Virus genome (UHGV): UHGV-0298424
Length of the DNA: 64,000 nt
Origin: a virus
Strand: one strand, 5' to 3'
Shown: positions 9,954-19,707 of the stretch, piece after piece
How the letters are laid out: each line of letters opens with the position of its first letter
Numbering within the stretch: the first letter of the stretch is position 1
Made by a program: the position numbers and the translations under genes
The notes under the pieces: model-generated
Database searches by the model: none
The model's input: the letters and a program-made list of their open reading frames with translations, nothing else
Told to the model about the DNA's origin: nothing

Positions 9954-10418
9954 ATGGCTGACGAAGAAGTGAAATATCAGGCGTTTGATGGAGATGTGGA
10001 CGACGAAGAATCGCTTCTCCGCCAAACGCAACAAGCCCGTGTACGGATTGTGAACCTCATCTTAGACGATCCACAAGCACACAAAGACTTGAAAACGGTA
10101 GACCGTCTAGGGTCTTTGCTTAACGACGTTGATAAACAAATCATTTCCAAACGTCGTGTCGCCGCTGCACAGAAAAACAGCGAAGCTAACCAAGATTTGG
10201 CGAATGCACTTAATAGCATCCTCATGCAACGTGGTAATATCAAAATACGACGTCATGATGAGGAAATCGAAGAAACCCAGGGCTACCAGCCCCCCGTTCC
10301 TGCTATTCCCAATGTTGAGGTAACAGAAGGGGAGCTGGCACCAGTAGGTGAACAAATCGATGTTAAGTCCATTATGATGGCGGCGTTTGCACGTCCTGAA
10401 CAGGACGAGCAAGACTAA
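9954..10418 (+). CDS. hypothetical acidic protein
   Basis: 154-aa ORF with GAGG SD; isolated plus-strand gene, highly acidic. Confidence 0.4.
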   Translation: MADEEVKYQAFDGDVDDEESLLRQTQQARVRIVNLILDDPQAHKDLKTVDRLGSLLNDVDKQIISKRRVAAAQKNSEANQDLANALNSILMQRGNIKIRRHDEEIEETQGYQPPVPAIPNVEVTEGELAPVGEQIDVKSIMMAAFARPEQDEQD

Positions 10419-11094
10419 ATAAAGCAGCATCCCGTGGGTCGACACCGACCCACTCTGCCATAAACCGGATATGTTCCTTAAACGGGTTAACGCCGTCTTG
10501 TTTGATTTGTTCAACCAACACGCCGGTCAATTCTGGTGTGAGCATGGCAGGGTGTGTGATGGTAAAGCTTGGAATCGGTTTTTTCAAGTGCGAAGCGTTA
10601 AGCTTAATCCACTCGAACCAATCGTACATTATCCAGCAATCCCACGCCAATGATAATCTCCCCGGTGTGAGGTCTTCTAACGACCAAGACACCAATTCGA
10701 CTTGTACGTTATTGTAATACATCCGAAACAGATTCAAAAAGGCTTGAAGTTCTTCGCCTGTTAAATCCGTATAAGGCCATGTATTGATGGTCAGAGTAGG
10801 TTTTTCAATTGGCGAATGCATTTCGATTTCAAGCATCATACACTCGAATTCGTTTTTCATCGTTGCCAATAATTCAGTAGGCTGCGCATTAATCAAAGCG
10901 CGCTTATCCCGCTTCCGCCACTCTTCATCCCATTTTTCAAACCCGAGTACACCCGCCCATGCTTCTGTATAGCGACGCCGATAAACATCGTAGTCTAGTA
11001 AGGCTAAGCTTTCAGGCTTAATGGCTTTTACCCAACCTAAACGCGTATCAAATAACGTATCAATATCGATTAAGAAACGTCGAGATAATCTCAT
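10372..11094 (-). CDS. hypothetical protein
   Basis: 240-aa ORF, convergent with the preceding gene. Confidence 0.4.
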   Translation of the reverse strand: MRLSRRFLIDIDTLFDTRLGWVKAIKPESLALLDYDVYRRRYTEAWAGVLGFEKWDEEWRKRDKRALINAQPTELLATMKNEFECMMLEIEMHSPIEKPTLTINTWPYTDLTGEELQAFLNLFRMYYNNVQVELVSWSLEDLTPGRLSLAWDCWIMYDWFEWIKLNASHLKKPIPSFTITHPAMLTPELTGVLVEQIKQDGVNPFKEHIRFMAEWVGVDPRDAALFSLARPVQDVQTPPS

Positions 11095-11759
11095 GACGGA
11101 TGGCCTATGTTGTTACCGATATGCATCGCTTTGAGGTACGCTGACCACGTCCGTGTTGCTTTAGAACTCGTTCGCTCAGCTCCAGGCAAATCGATACGTC
11201 CTTTACCGGTTTGGCGCAGCGACTGATAGAAAGCACGTTGTAGTGCGTCGTTACCACCACGCGCCCACAAGAACTCTTTCAGTGTCCAGTCGTGACCATC
11301 GGAATACATGATGTATGCTTCTGGGAAGGAGACCCCGGATGCTTTGGAAGGACCGACAACTTGACCGGAGAGTTTATCGCGAACTTTGTCGTTCTTCGCA
11401 ACCGCCATTTTCTTCTCTTGCATCTGCGTCTGACGACGGACAGGCAAGCGTAAGACCAAGTGAGGGTAACGAGTACGGTGATAAACACCTGTTTTTGGTT
11501 CTGTTAGCCACAACCGTTGCTCCAGGTTTACCCCTAGGATTTTGCACACCTCGATATTGCGCAGGTGGTCAATTTCGACTTTACTTCCCACCGGGTTGTA
11601 AATAGGTAAACCGTTACGAAGTCGGTTAAACTGTTCGTCGGTCATTCGTGCGAAGGCTTTCTTCGCGGCTTCGGCATTAATGCCAGAAGGGTCTACCAAC
11701 TTTAAGATTTGTAAGGCGTAGGCTTCCGCCTTTTTACGCCGCGCTGGTTCGAGTTTCAT
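11091..11759 (-). CDS. hypothetical protein
   Basis: 222-aa ORF; 4-nt overlap with downstream gene. Confidence 0.4.
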   Translation of the reverse strand: MKLEPARRKKAEAYALQILKLVDPSGINAEAAKKAFARMTDEQFNRLRNGLPIYNPVGSKVEIDHLRNIEVCKILGVNLEQRLWLTEPKTGVYHRTRYPHLVLRLPVRRQTQMQEKKMAVAKNDKVRDKLSGQVVGPSKASGVSFPEAYIMYSDGHDWTLKEFLWARGGNDALQRAFYQSLRQTGKGRIDLPGAERTSSKATRTWSAYLKAMHIGNNIGHPS

Positions 11760-12033
11760 TGTCTACCGCCTTACGTAAATTGGATAACGTTTCTGCTTCA
11801 AGCAGGTCAATCCAGTAGCTGATAGCTTCCGTGTTTTCAGGAAGTTCGGAACGTACTGGCGCATACCCGTAACGTACTAATAGATTCGAGTAATACTCAG
11901 CGACCTTTAAACAAAAGGATTCCAGATCGGGAAACGGAAGAGTGAAGGCTTCACGAAATTCGGCCGCTGTTTCTAAATTAACACTTGCCAATCCTTCACT
12001 TAAGCGTTCCACAATCTCCGTTTGATAACGCAT
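11734..12033 (-). CDS. hypothetical protein
   Basis: 99-aa ORF; AGGAG-like SD upstream of ATG at 12033. Confidence 0.4.
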   Translation of the reverse strand: MRYQTEIVERLSEGLASVNLETAAEFREAFTLPFPDLESFCLKVAEYYSNLLVRYGYAPVRSELPENTEAISYWIDLLEAETLSNLRKAVDNETRTSAA

Positions 12034-12048
12034 GATGACTCCTTAGGT

Positions 12049-12070
12049 CGGGTAGGGTTTACCCTACCCG
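12049..12070 (+). terminator. hairpin with plus-strand terminator geometry
   Basis: CGGGTAGGGT-TT-ACCCTACCCG then T-rich tract on the plus strand only; lies between two minus genes. Confidence 0.3.
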
Positions 12071-12077
12071 ATCCTAT

Positions 12078-13574
12078 TTATTTCTTTTTCGTCAGGAACT
12101 TCGGTTCTAGTCCATCGACAGCCATACCCAGAATAGTACGTGCAGTCAGTGTACGTTTACCACCTTTGGTTTCCTGGTCTTTAAACATCCAGTATTCTAC
12201 CGTGTTATCCAGAATTTCATTCCAGTCCCACTTCTCGTCAATCAGTTTGTAAATCTCACCCATGCTGAGATGATACTTCATTTCAAGACGGTGGTAGTTG
12301 TTTTGCATATACGCGATTGCCGCCGTGATTTCTAAAGCGCGACGTAAGCGTGCGTTATCAGAAATCATATCACGGATTGTCGTACGTTGGAATTTCACAC
12401 CAGGTAAAATGTCCAGTTCTTTGATAGAACCGCCACTACCGCTTGACGTAAAACCAAAGTCTGACTTCTTCAGCGTGTCACTTAAATAGTGCCACAGGCT
12501 CAGGTGATATAACAGACCCATTTCCTGAGAGAAGATCATCTGGAATTTCACACCGGTGTGACCACCCTTCGCACGATACTGAGTAAAGGTGATAATCTTC
12601 AAGTCGTTTACCGAAGCATTCATCGCTTTAGAACGTGACGTCGGATAAAGTTCTTCGTTAACACCGGTCTGTGCGTTATAGCTCTGGTCTTTCTTCAACT
12701 CCCCTGATTTCGTCGCGACGATAAAAGAGTTTGTTAAAAAGCTAAGCTGACGGCGAGGAATACCTGCGAATTTTAAATCGTCGTTGGCATCGTCAAGAAT
12801 TTTCGCATTTGCTTTTTGTGCCTGACGACCACCTGCCATCGCTTTCCCAGAGTCATCGGCCATCTGTGCCACGAAACCCATATAGAAACCACCGCGTGCA
12901 AACGCAGACGGCCAGCGGCTCATCATGTTCGATTTTTGCAGTGCATCGTGGGCGTTCAGGATGTTCTGATCAGAATCACCGATATCTGTTTTTGCGTGTT
13001 TGTCTTCCAGCGAACTGGAATGCCACTCTGACAAAGAGTCGATAGAATAAAGCCAGGGGTCCAGGATTTCTTTTAACTTCCGACGAACCGGATCGGGGAA
13101 CGGCGTTACACGGGTTTTACCAGACATATACTGCTTGAAGCGTTTTTCAACTTCGTCACGAATATAATCACTGTAATACTGTTCCCCAGGCATTACATCA
13201 GAACCGACCAGGTTATAACGACCTTCGTGGATGAGTTCCAATACGGACGTTCCGTCGTCGATACCGTTGGCGTTCATGGCAGAGATGTACCCAGTTTCTA
13301 AACGATCGAGGGCGGCGGACACTTCTGTATCGTACTTAGAACCCCACTCTGCTTTATAACGTTGCAGGATTTGGAAGATACAGAAATCTAACAAAGTGGA
13401 TTTAAAGGTGTTACCGCGACCTGCGAAACCCATGATGTGGGCAAAACCACCGTTAAGGTAGTACAAACCATCTTCACCTTTTTCGTAGTTACCTAAGGCA
13501 TGATCCATGATGGTGTAAACGTTAAAACGTGGACGAATTACTTCACCGATAACTTGCTTAGTTGGGCCTGCCAT
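12078..13574 (-). CDS. hypothetical protein (498 aa)
   Basis: long ORF; GRGNTFKST is only a weak P-loop-like match; function not recognised. Confidence 0.45.
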   Translation of the reverse strand: MAGPTKQVIGEVIRPRFNVYTIMDHALGNYEKGEDGLYYLNGGFAHIMGFAGRGNTFKSTLLDFCIFQILQRYKAEWGSKYDTEVSAALDRLETGYISAMNANGIDDGTSVLELIHEGRYNLVGSDVMPGEQYYSDYIRDEVEKRFKQYMSGKTRVTPFPDPVRRKLKEILDPWLYSIDSLSEWHSSSLEDKHAKTDIGDSDQNILNAHDALQKSNMMSRWPSAFARGGFYMGFVAQMADDSGKAMAGGRQAQKANAKILDDANDDLKFAGIPRRQLSFLTNSFIVATKSGELKKDQSYNAQTGVNEELYPTSRSKAMNASVNDLKIITFTQYRAKGGHTGVKFQMIFSQEMGLLYHLSLWHYLSDTLKKSDFGFTSSGSGGSIKELDILPGVKFQRTTIRDMISDNARLRRALEITAAIAYMQNNYHRLEMKYHLSMGEIYKLIDEKWDWNEILDNTVEYWMFKDQETKGGKRTLTARTILGMAVDGLEPKFLTKKK

Positions 13575-13589
13575 TTAGCGCTCCGATAA

Positions 13590-13889
13590 TTAACGATTCT
13601 TGGTCGGAAGAAGAAGACGGCGGTTGTGCCAGAATTCAAAGTAGGTCTCTACCCACTCAGTAACTTCTTCCGCATTTTCAGGATAAGGGTTTTCAATAGA
13701 CTCGAAACGGCGTTTGTTACGCTCGTCAATTTCCAGTTCCATAACACGTTTACCGCTCGGGCACGACGTTACGCTCAAGACTTTTCCAACTTGAATAGGC
13801 TTACCGTTCTGACCTTTTTTAACAGGGCTCAGATAAATTTCCGGTTCTAAACGCGGTGTGGTGTTTCGAGTCAGTAATTTGATTTTCAT
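13590..13889 (-). CDS. hypothetical protein
   Basis: 99-aa ORF. Confidence 0.4.
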   Translation of the reverse strand: MKIKLLTRNTTPRLEPEIYLSPVKKGQNGKPIQVGKVLSVTSCPSGKRVMELEIDERNKRRFESIENPYPENAEEVTEWVETYFEFWHNRRLLLPTKNR

Positions 13890-13987
13890 CGAGCTTTACC
13901 TTTATGGAATTGTCTCGGTCATAAGGTTTGGGTGAACTGTAAAAAGACTTTACTATGTAACCCTGACTTATAATCCGAGGTTTTAGA

Positions 13988-14743
13988 ATGAATGTAAATC
14001 CACTTGCAGCGTTATCTAGCTTCGCCGCTAAAGCGTCTGCAATCTTACCGAAAGGCTTTAGTGGCCCTCAACAAGAGATTGCATTAACCACTTATGACGA
14101 GATGTCGGACGTTTCCAAGTGGATGCAACAAGAAAAATTCCTTCACTTTGCGGGAATGTTGGTTATCGTTCCACCTGGGTTTAATACCTACGTGATGGAT
14201 CATTTGAACCGCTTAGAATCCGTATGGAGTTCACTGCAAAACATTTATACGGGTATTCTGTTCCCGGTCGATAAACAACTTTCGGCCCTTACACATGATG
14301 TGGGTGTACTGTCATTACCGATTGGTTTCCGTTACAAAAATGTTAATATACCTTTACGTAACGTTAACCCGAAAGATCTGGTTAACTTGTTAGCGAAATC
14401 GTACACTAACAACGTTATTGACCAGCGACCAATCGAGAAGACGTATCACAGCGCGTCCGAAATTGATGTTGCGTTCAATCGTGCTAAGGCACTGAACGTT
14501 GAAATCACAAAACGTCTACGGACAAACATCGACAAGTCAATCGAGTCTATTCGCACTACGTCAGAAATCTTGTCAGAACAAAACATTCATCCGAATGTAG
14601 CAAAAGAACTGACGATGATGTTAGATTTTGCTTCCGATTGGGTGGAGCTGTTTGGTTTGTTCATGAAACAGGTTAACGAATTAATCGAATGCCTGAACGT
14701 TACTGCCGAACGCTTAAAAGCGCTTAAGGCAAACAAAAAATAA
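13988..14743 (+). CDS. hypothetical protein
   Basis: 251-aa plus-strand ORF ending at bidirectional terminator 14756-14781. Confidence 0.4.
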   Translation: MNVNPLAALSSFAAKASAILPKGFSGPQQEIALTTYDEMSDVSKWMQQEKFLHFAGMLVIVPPGFNTYVMDHLNRLESVWSSLQNIYTGILFPVDKQLSALTHDVGVLSLPIGFRYKNVNIPLRNVNPKDLVNLLAKSYTNNVIDQRPIEKTYHSASEIDVAFNRAKALNVEITKRLRTNIDKSIESIRTTSEILSEQNIHPNVAKELTMMLDFASDWVELFGLFMKQVNELIECLNVTAERLKALKANKK

Positions 14744-14755
14744 AAAAGTAAAGCT

Positions 14756-14781
14756 ACCCCTAGACCACACGGTCTAGGGGT
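14756..14781. terminator. bidirectional terminator between convergent genes
   Basis: ACCCCTAGACC-ACAC-GGTCTAGGGGT flanked by A-run and T-run. Confidence 0.55.
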
Positions 14782-14788
14782 AAACTAT

Positions 14789-15688
14789 TTATTTCCCACG
14801 ATAAAATCCAGAGATGTAGCTTGGCGCTATCCATCGCCATTCGCGCCAACGCATTTCTGACATTTTACCACACCATACACGCTTCCAATGAGCACGACGG
14901 ATATGTGCTGCGCAATAAATCGCCAAACAAACCTCGTGTCCCTCCTTGCGTTGTTGTTCTATATCTTCCCATTGTACCGGACTTACGTCTAAAACGACCG
15001 CTTCACTACGTGGGCGAATCTCTGTATCAGGAACATAACGAATGGTCCTCCCGCGAAATTCTTTCTTCTCACGTTCAGTTCGTTTAATTCGCGATGAAAG
15101 ATATAGTCCGATATAGACGGCGTCGAGTAGTCGTTGATTCTCCTTAACCGAAGTAAGGAGCGGCTTTAACTCCACGAAATCATCATTACTTTTATCGATC
15201 GTGTAAATCTCAAACTCCATGTATACCGACTCGTCATGTTCTTCGCATGACATCACAAAGAGAACTTCTTCACCTTCGTAAAGACGTCTTCCGATAAATA
15301 ACGTGATTGGACATTCGTCGAGATTTACGGTAACCGAGAAAGTAAATGAAGGGATGGTTTCTATCCAGAAGTACGGGATATTTTTTAGTCTCTCAGTTTT
15401 TGCTAAGAGCGCCATCAGTTCTTCATCCGAGATGATTTCAACAGCAGCGTATTGCCATCCTAGTCCCAGGGACTGCTTAATCAGTCTGGGAATCTGTTCG
15501 GTAACGCCATATTCACGATAGGTCGGATCTTTAACTGGCATAAACGTTACGGGTATTTGTCGTTTATGCTCGTTAATGAACCGAATAAAACGGCACTGAT
15601 CTAATCCGTGAATTGTTTGGTGTGCTTTTTCTATCTGTTCGCTCATGCGTCTTAGCGCTTTCCCGTAAAGTCTATTATTCGTTGTCAT
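14789..15688 (-). CDS. hypothetical protein, AHIRRAHW-motif family member A
   Basis: start at ATG 15688 with AGGAG SD; C-terminal AAHIRRAHWKRVW basic/Trp motif shared with upstream paralog. Confidence 0.45.
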   Translation of the reverse strand: MTTNNRLYGKALRRMSEQIEKAHQTIHGLDQCRFIRFINEHKRQIPVTFMPVKDPTYREYGVTEQIPRLIKQSLGLGWQYAAVEIISDEELMALLAKTERLKNIPYFWIETIPSFTFSVTVNLDECPITLFIGRRLYEGEEVLFVMSCEEHDESVYMEFEIYTIDKSNDDFVELKPLLTSVKENQRLLDAVYIGLYLSSRIKRTEREKKEFRGRTIRYVPDTEIRPRSEAVVLDVSPVQWEDIEQQRKEGHEVCLAIYCAAHIRRAHWKRVWCGKMSEMRWREWRWIAPSYISGFYRGK

Positions 15689-15713
15689 TTTAATGCTCCT
15701 AAACACTTTTAGC

Positions 15714-16640
15714 TTAATTGTGGGGTACGTAGCCACGGACAAATGTAGGTGGAATCCAACAAAGTTTTCTTTTTCTTTCCCCATCTCTTGGACCGACCCA
15801 ATATCTGCGCCAGTGCGCGCGACGAATATGTGCGGCCTTGGCGTGTTTGATACCTTCCATGGTTTTCAAGTCGGTGTTAAATCCCTTTAGATATTTCACT
15901 TGTTCTGGTGTGATGTCTATTTTAACGTCACGTTCACGAGGTTTGATTTCGTGACTTATGCTACCATTCTTTTTGATTTCTTTGAACTTAATGTCATTGA
16001 AAGACCCTCTGAGATTGGGCGGGATTAGCGTACAGAGAAATATCAACGATATGGCGGTTTTGGCCAGTGATAACCATAACGTCTTCTCTTGTTCGGTCTG
16101 TACGCCAGTTGTATAATCGATTTCAACAAGCCCGTTTCCAACACTACATATCTCTAACGAGCAGGTGGCGATTGTGGTAACGCCTTCTGTTAACCCGTAA
16201 TCAGTATTTGTAGCAATTATAATAAACCTTCTATTCCCATTTTTTCGATAACCGAGAAAGAAAGTCTCATCTTCTTTACCTACATCGATTGCTACAGTCC
16301 AAGTAGGTATAAAGTCTAACCACTCTTCAGGGAATTTACTGGGCATCTCAGTCTCGAAAACAAGTTCTCTAAGTGCTCGATCGGATATTAAGGAAGCACC
16401 ACCGTATAGCCATCCAATTGCCAATGTTTGAGCGTGAAGAGAACGGAGATCTTTGAGACCTAACTCAGCGTCGTAGGGTATAAAGGCATTAGTTAAATGC
16501 TTACGATTCTTTTTTATCCATTTCGAGACGGGATTTTCTTTTGTTTGATTTTCTTCCATGACATTTTCTAGATGCTGACTCCCCATTTGTCTAAGGCAGT
16601 CTTTAACACCTTTTACTTTTTTACTTTTGTACAAATACAC
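15714..16640 (-). CDS. hypothetical protein, AHIRRAHW-motif family member B
   Basis: 308 aa; C-terminal KAAHIRRAHWRRYWVGP motif and similar central architecture. Confidence 0.45.
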   Translation of the reverse strand: MYLYKSKKVKGVKDCLRQMGSQHLENVMEENQTKENPVSKWIKKNRKHLTNAFIPYDAELGLKDLRSLHAQTLAIGWLYGGASLISDRALRELVFETEMPSKFPEEWLDFIPTWTVAIDVGKEDETFFLGYRKNGNRRFIIIATNTDYGLTEGVTTIATCSLEICSVGNGLVEIDYTTGVQTEQEKTLWLSLAKTAISLIFLCTLIPPNLRGSFNDIKFKEIKKNGSISHEIKPRERDVKIDITPEQVKYLKGFNTDLKTMEGIKHAKAAHIRRAHWRRYWVGPRDGERKRKLCWIPPTFVRGYVPHN

Positions 16641-16699
16641 GGTATATTCTCCTAAAATGGTTAAAAATAAAGTTACCCTAGCCGAAGCTAGGGTGTCTA

Positions 16700-17188
16700 T
16701 TAGTCGATTTTGACGTAGTCGGGATAGTTAGCTTTTAACCACTCCCATAGCTGTAAGGAAAGTAGGTTTTCACTACGTTCGATGATTTCCATGATATCTG
16801 CCACGTAAGACCCACCAATCCAAATTCGTCTATAAAAATTTTCCCATTCCGGTTCTGTATAGGGAACAATCGGTGTAGGAAATTTCTCTAAATTGTACGC
16901 ATCGGTAACTTTTCTTAAGAACTGATACCGGCAATCGCGAAGGCGTTGTCGAACGTCTGTTTCTGTTATGTGGTCGTTTGATGGATTGAAGAAATCAAAC
17001 AGGTTAGCTGTGTATGCTATTATGCTCTGGCAACTGAAGTAGGCCGCAGCGTAATCTGCCATCCAAGGAGTGGAAGCAACCATTGGGGCCAACTTTTCTT
17101 CTATTTCTTTTCTTACACGCGCACCGTGATTGAGAAATTCATGCACAATATCACTTTTACTAAGATTGATAATATCATTTACGTTCAT
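16700..17188 (-). CDS. hypothetical protein
   Basis: 162-aa ORF. Confidence 0.4.
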   Translation of the reverse strand: MNVNDIINLSKSDIVHEFLNHGARVRKEIEEKLAPMVASTPWMADYAAAYFSCQSIIAYTANLFDFFNPSNDHITETDVRQRLRDCRYQFLRKVTDAYNLEKFPTPIVPYTEPEWENFYRRIWIGGSYVADIMEIIERSENLLSLQLWEWLKANYPDYVKID

Positions 17189-17189
17189 T

Positions 17190-17714
17190 TTACTGTCCTA
17201 AAATTGGGGTGAGTCTGTCTGCGGTGTTTAACAATGCTTTTGTAATTTCGTGGTTGGTCTCTTTTAGGATGGCGCAGCAGAGAGTGGTATAAACCTCGAT
17301 TGCTAAACCGATTTCTTGTTCAGTCAGACACGGTTCGGTGCCGCCAATCCCGTAACGCTGCGCTGCATACTCAATTTCAAGTTTCAAACGTTTTCGTAGT
17401 GCCTCGTCATCAGTTAAACGCGCGCACGCCCGATCGAAACGTCTATTGTAAGCCTCGATCTTGTGGACAATTTCGCGTCGCAGTTGGTCGACCTTTACGT
17501 TATCATCAAGAGTGATGGTGACGTTGTCAACTAAACAGTAATGCACCGCGTGTCGTAAGTTGTGTAATGTGGCGGCAGTAACGACCCGCTCCTGATGGTC
17601 GCTAAAGCCGTGGGCACCACAGAGCTTGCGTGCAACCGCGCCAGAGATTTTCTCCTCTAACGCTATCGGCGTGGCAATGGTTGTTTTCTTACGAAGCTGA
17701 ATTAAAATATCCAC
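17190..17714 (-). CDS. hypothetical protein
   Basis: 174-aa ORF. Confidence 0.4.
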   Translation of the reverse strand: MDILIQLRKKTTIATPIALEEKISGAVARKLCGAHGFSDHQERVVTAATLHNLRHAVHYCLVDNVTITLDDNVKVDQLRREIVHKIEAYNRRFDRACARLTDDEALRKRLKLEIEYAAQRYGIGGTEPCLTEQEIGLAIEVYTTLCCAILKETNHEITKALLNTADRLTPILGQ

Positions 17715-17716
17715 GG

Positions 17717-18259
17717 TTATACTCCTTTAGGTTGTCCGTATTTTGACGATAGGTAGATGAGTTCAGCATGGCAGATTTTCTCAACTAACCCGAGTGTCTC
17801 AAGGAAAATATCCCGGATACGGGACATCGTTTCGTTGGTAAGAATATCGCTCCAACATGTTGTGTCTATTATATCCGTCGTTGAAGATTGGCGCTGCAAT
17901 ATTGCGACATACACTTCGTCGAGGCTATCTGGTGCATTATTCTGTAAGTAATGGGCGGCATGTAGAAAGGCTTTCTCAAGAATCAGCTGAATATCCGTAT
18001 CGGGATCAGTTACCCGTACTAAATGCGGGTATGTCATAGCCGAACTGATTTTTATCACTAACTGCTCAACGAGGTTATTCACCATCGCTTCTGAATCCAG
18101 GATAGTAATATCAGCTCCATCGTGTTCTTCAGAAATCTTATTCTCATGCACTGCTATCGCATCGTGTAATTCAAACGCAACGCGACTTCGCATCTCACTT
18201 AACACTTTGTTTAATTTGTCCCGTGACTCGCTGAGTGAGAAATCGATAAGTATTTTCAT
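17717..18259 (-). CDS. hypothetical protein
   Basis: 180-aa ORF. Confidence 0.4.
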   Translation of the reverse strand: MKILIDFSLSESRDKLNKVLSEMRSRVAFELHDAIAVHENKISEEHDGADITILDSEAMVNNLVEQLVIKISSAMTYPHLVRVTDPDTDIQLILEKAFLHAAHYLQNNAPDSLDEVYVAILQRQSSTTDIIDTTCWSDILTNETMSRIRDIFLETLGLVEKICHAELIYLSSKYGQPKGV

Positions 18260-19002
18260 TATACGTACTCCTGATAAATTGGCCGACCCCGATCTTCTCG
18301 AATCTGGCAGTATGTTACAACAATACCGTTAGGGATTTGTGCGCCGCTGTCTTCAAGGTAAATAACGCCCGTAGCTTCACAGAGATAAAACGACCACAAT
18401 CGTGAGATACCAAGCCGTGCGTTCTCGTAGTGACTGAATGGCCAGAAACCACAGTGAATCTCATCATAGTCTCCCCGTTCTATCCCGTAAGCAATCATTT
18501 CTTTTTCCCACAACGTACATTCAGCGTCGTAAGTCGAAAACCAGAAACCAACGAGATTCTTTGTCCGCTTAACGTTCATTAAGTCGTTATAAATGGGAAA
18601 GAGTGCTTTATTGAAATTTTCTAACATCTCTGGAGAGAATAGAAAATTCATGTAGTATTCTAGCCATTGATAAACGGCTTCCCAGACATCTTCAGAAGAG
18701 AAATGTTCGAATACGGCGTCATCGCAATCGTAGTTATCGAAGATCCCTGAGAGATCTATTTCGACGACGCCGCGAAGGTCAAAGTTTCTGTTGGTATTGA
18801 CAGCGTCAATAACCTCAGCGATGAGACGAGTAAAGACGATTGTGCAGGCGGTTTGTGCGGTATAAAAGAATTCTCCTTGTACGGTTGACCACTTCGGGTC
18901 CTTCAAATGTTCATTGAAGTATTGTGGCCAAATTTTATAAAAGATTCCCTCGAACAACGAGGGATTGATACGTTGTAATTGAGGGACATAAACTTTTAGC
19001 AT
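18259..19002 (-). CDS. hypothetical protein
   Basis: 247-aa ORF. Confidence 0.4.
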   Translation of the reverse strand: MLKVYVPQLQRINPSLFEGIFYKIWPQYFNEHLKDPKWSTVQGEFFYTAQTACTIVFTRLIAEVIDAVNTNRNFDLRGVVEIDLSGIFDNYDCDDAVFEHFSSEDVWEAVYQWLEYYMNFLFSPEMLENFNKALFPIYNDLMNVKRTKNLVGFWFSTYDAECTLWEKEMIAYGIERGDYDEIHCGFWPFSHYENARLGISRLWSFYLCEATGVIYLEDSGAQIPNGIVVTYCQIREDRGRPIYQEYV

Positions 19003-19038
19003 TCTAATAACTCCAATGGTGTTACACCTGGATAATAT

Positions 19039-19707
19039 CTATCTAAGAATATTTTTAATGAAAAAAGGATCGGCTGTAAACTCCTTCACTTGTGAGTCAT
19101 AACCCGAATGTATTTGATCGCTACTGAGCAAATACTGGTCTAGGTCGTGCGGAAGAATCCAAGAATCACCTTGCTTAAAAATACCATAATCTGCTGTTCC
19201 TGCGGAAAAAATGATTTCCTCTGGAAACGAATAGACACGGCGTAAGGCAAGATCGGATGGCTTTAACACGATTAATCGAACGGGATGTTGACTGACTGCC
19301 TCTTTAATAAACTGTTCACGATTAAACCAAATTATTTTTTCGGGGTAAGTTTCGAATTCAGCCCATGCCCGCGTGATAACTAATTTGGAAATCTTTCTCA
19401 ATTCTTCAGAACGCTCTGCGTAGCCGATGCACTCCTTGCGTACTTCATGATTTTCTATCGATGTTGTGAATTTTTGGAATAGGTGTTGTTGGAAAAAGCC
19501 GTTCTCCGGGATATCACAACCCGCGTTGTATAGTGCAATGATCTCCCACAACAACGAAAGAGAAAACACAAATGCTAACTTTTCCACAACTTCCCAATCT
19601 TCGGAGTAAGGGGCTTTAAAGCCCCAATACTGCCGTGCGTTATACATAAAGTGAGTTTGTAAAAACCGAGGGGCTTTTGACAAGACCTCACTATAAACGA
19701 TCAGCAT
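19039..19707 (-). CDS. hypothetical protein
   Basis: 222-aa ORF. Confidence 0.4.
   Translation of the reverse strand: MLIVYSEVLSKAPRFLQTHFMYNARQYWGFKAPYSEDWEVVEKLAFVFSLSLLWEIIALYNAGCDIPENGFFQQHLFQKFTTSIENHEVRKECIGYAERSEELRKISKLVITRAWAEFETYPEKIIWFNREQFIKEAVSQHPVRLIVLKPSDLALRRVYSFPEEIIFSAGTADYGIFKQGDSWILPHDLDQYLLSSDQIHSGYDSQVKEFTADPFFIKNILR

Noticed and set aside
12078-13574. 498-aa protein as large terminase or recombinase, based on GRGNTFKST
   Set aside because: The motif is not a canonical Walker A (no GK[ST]) and no Walker B or nuclease motifs were identified; left as hypothetical.
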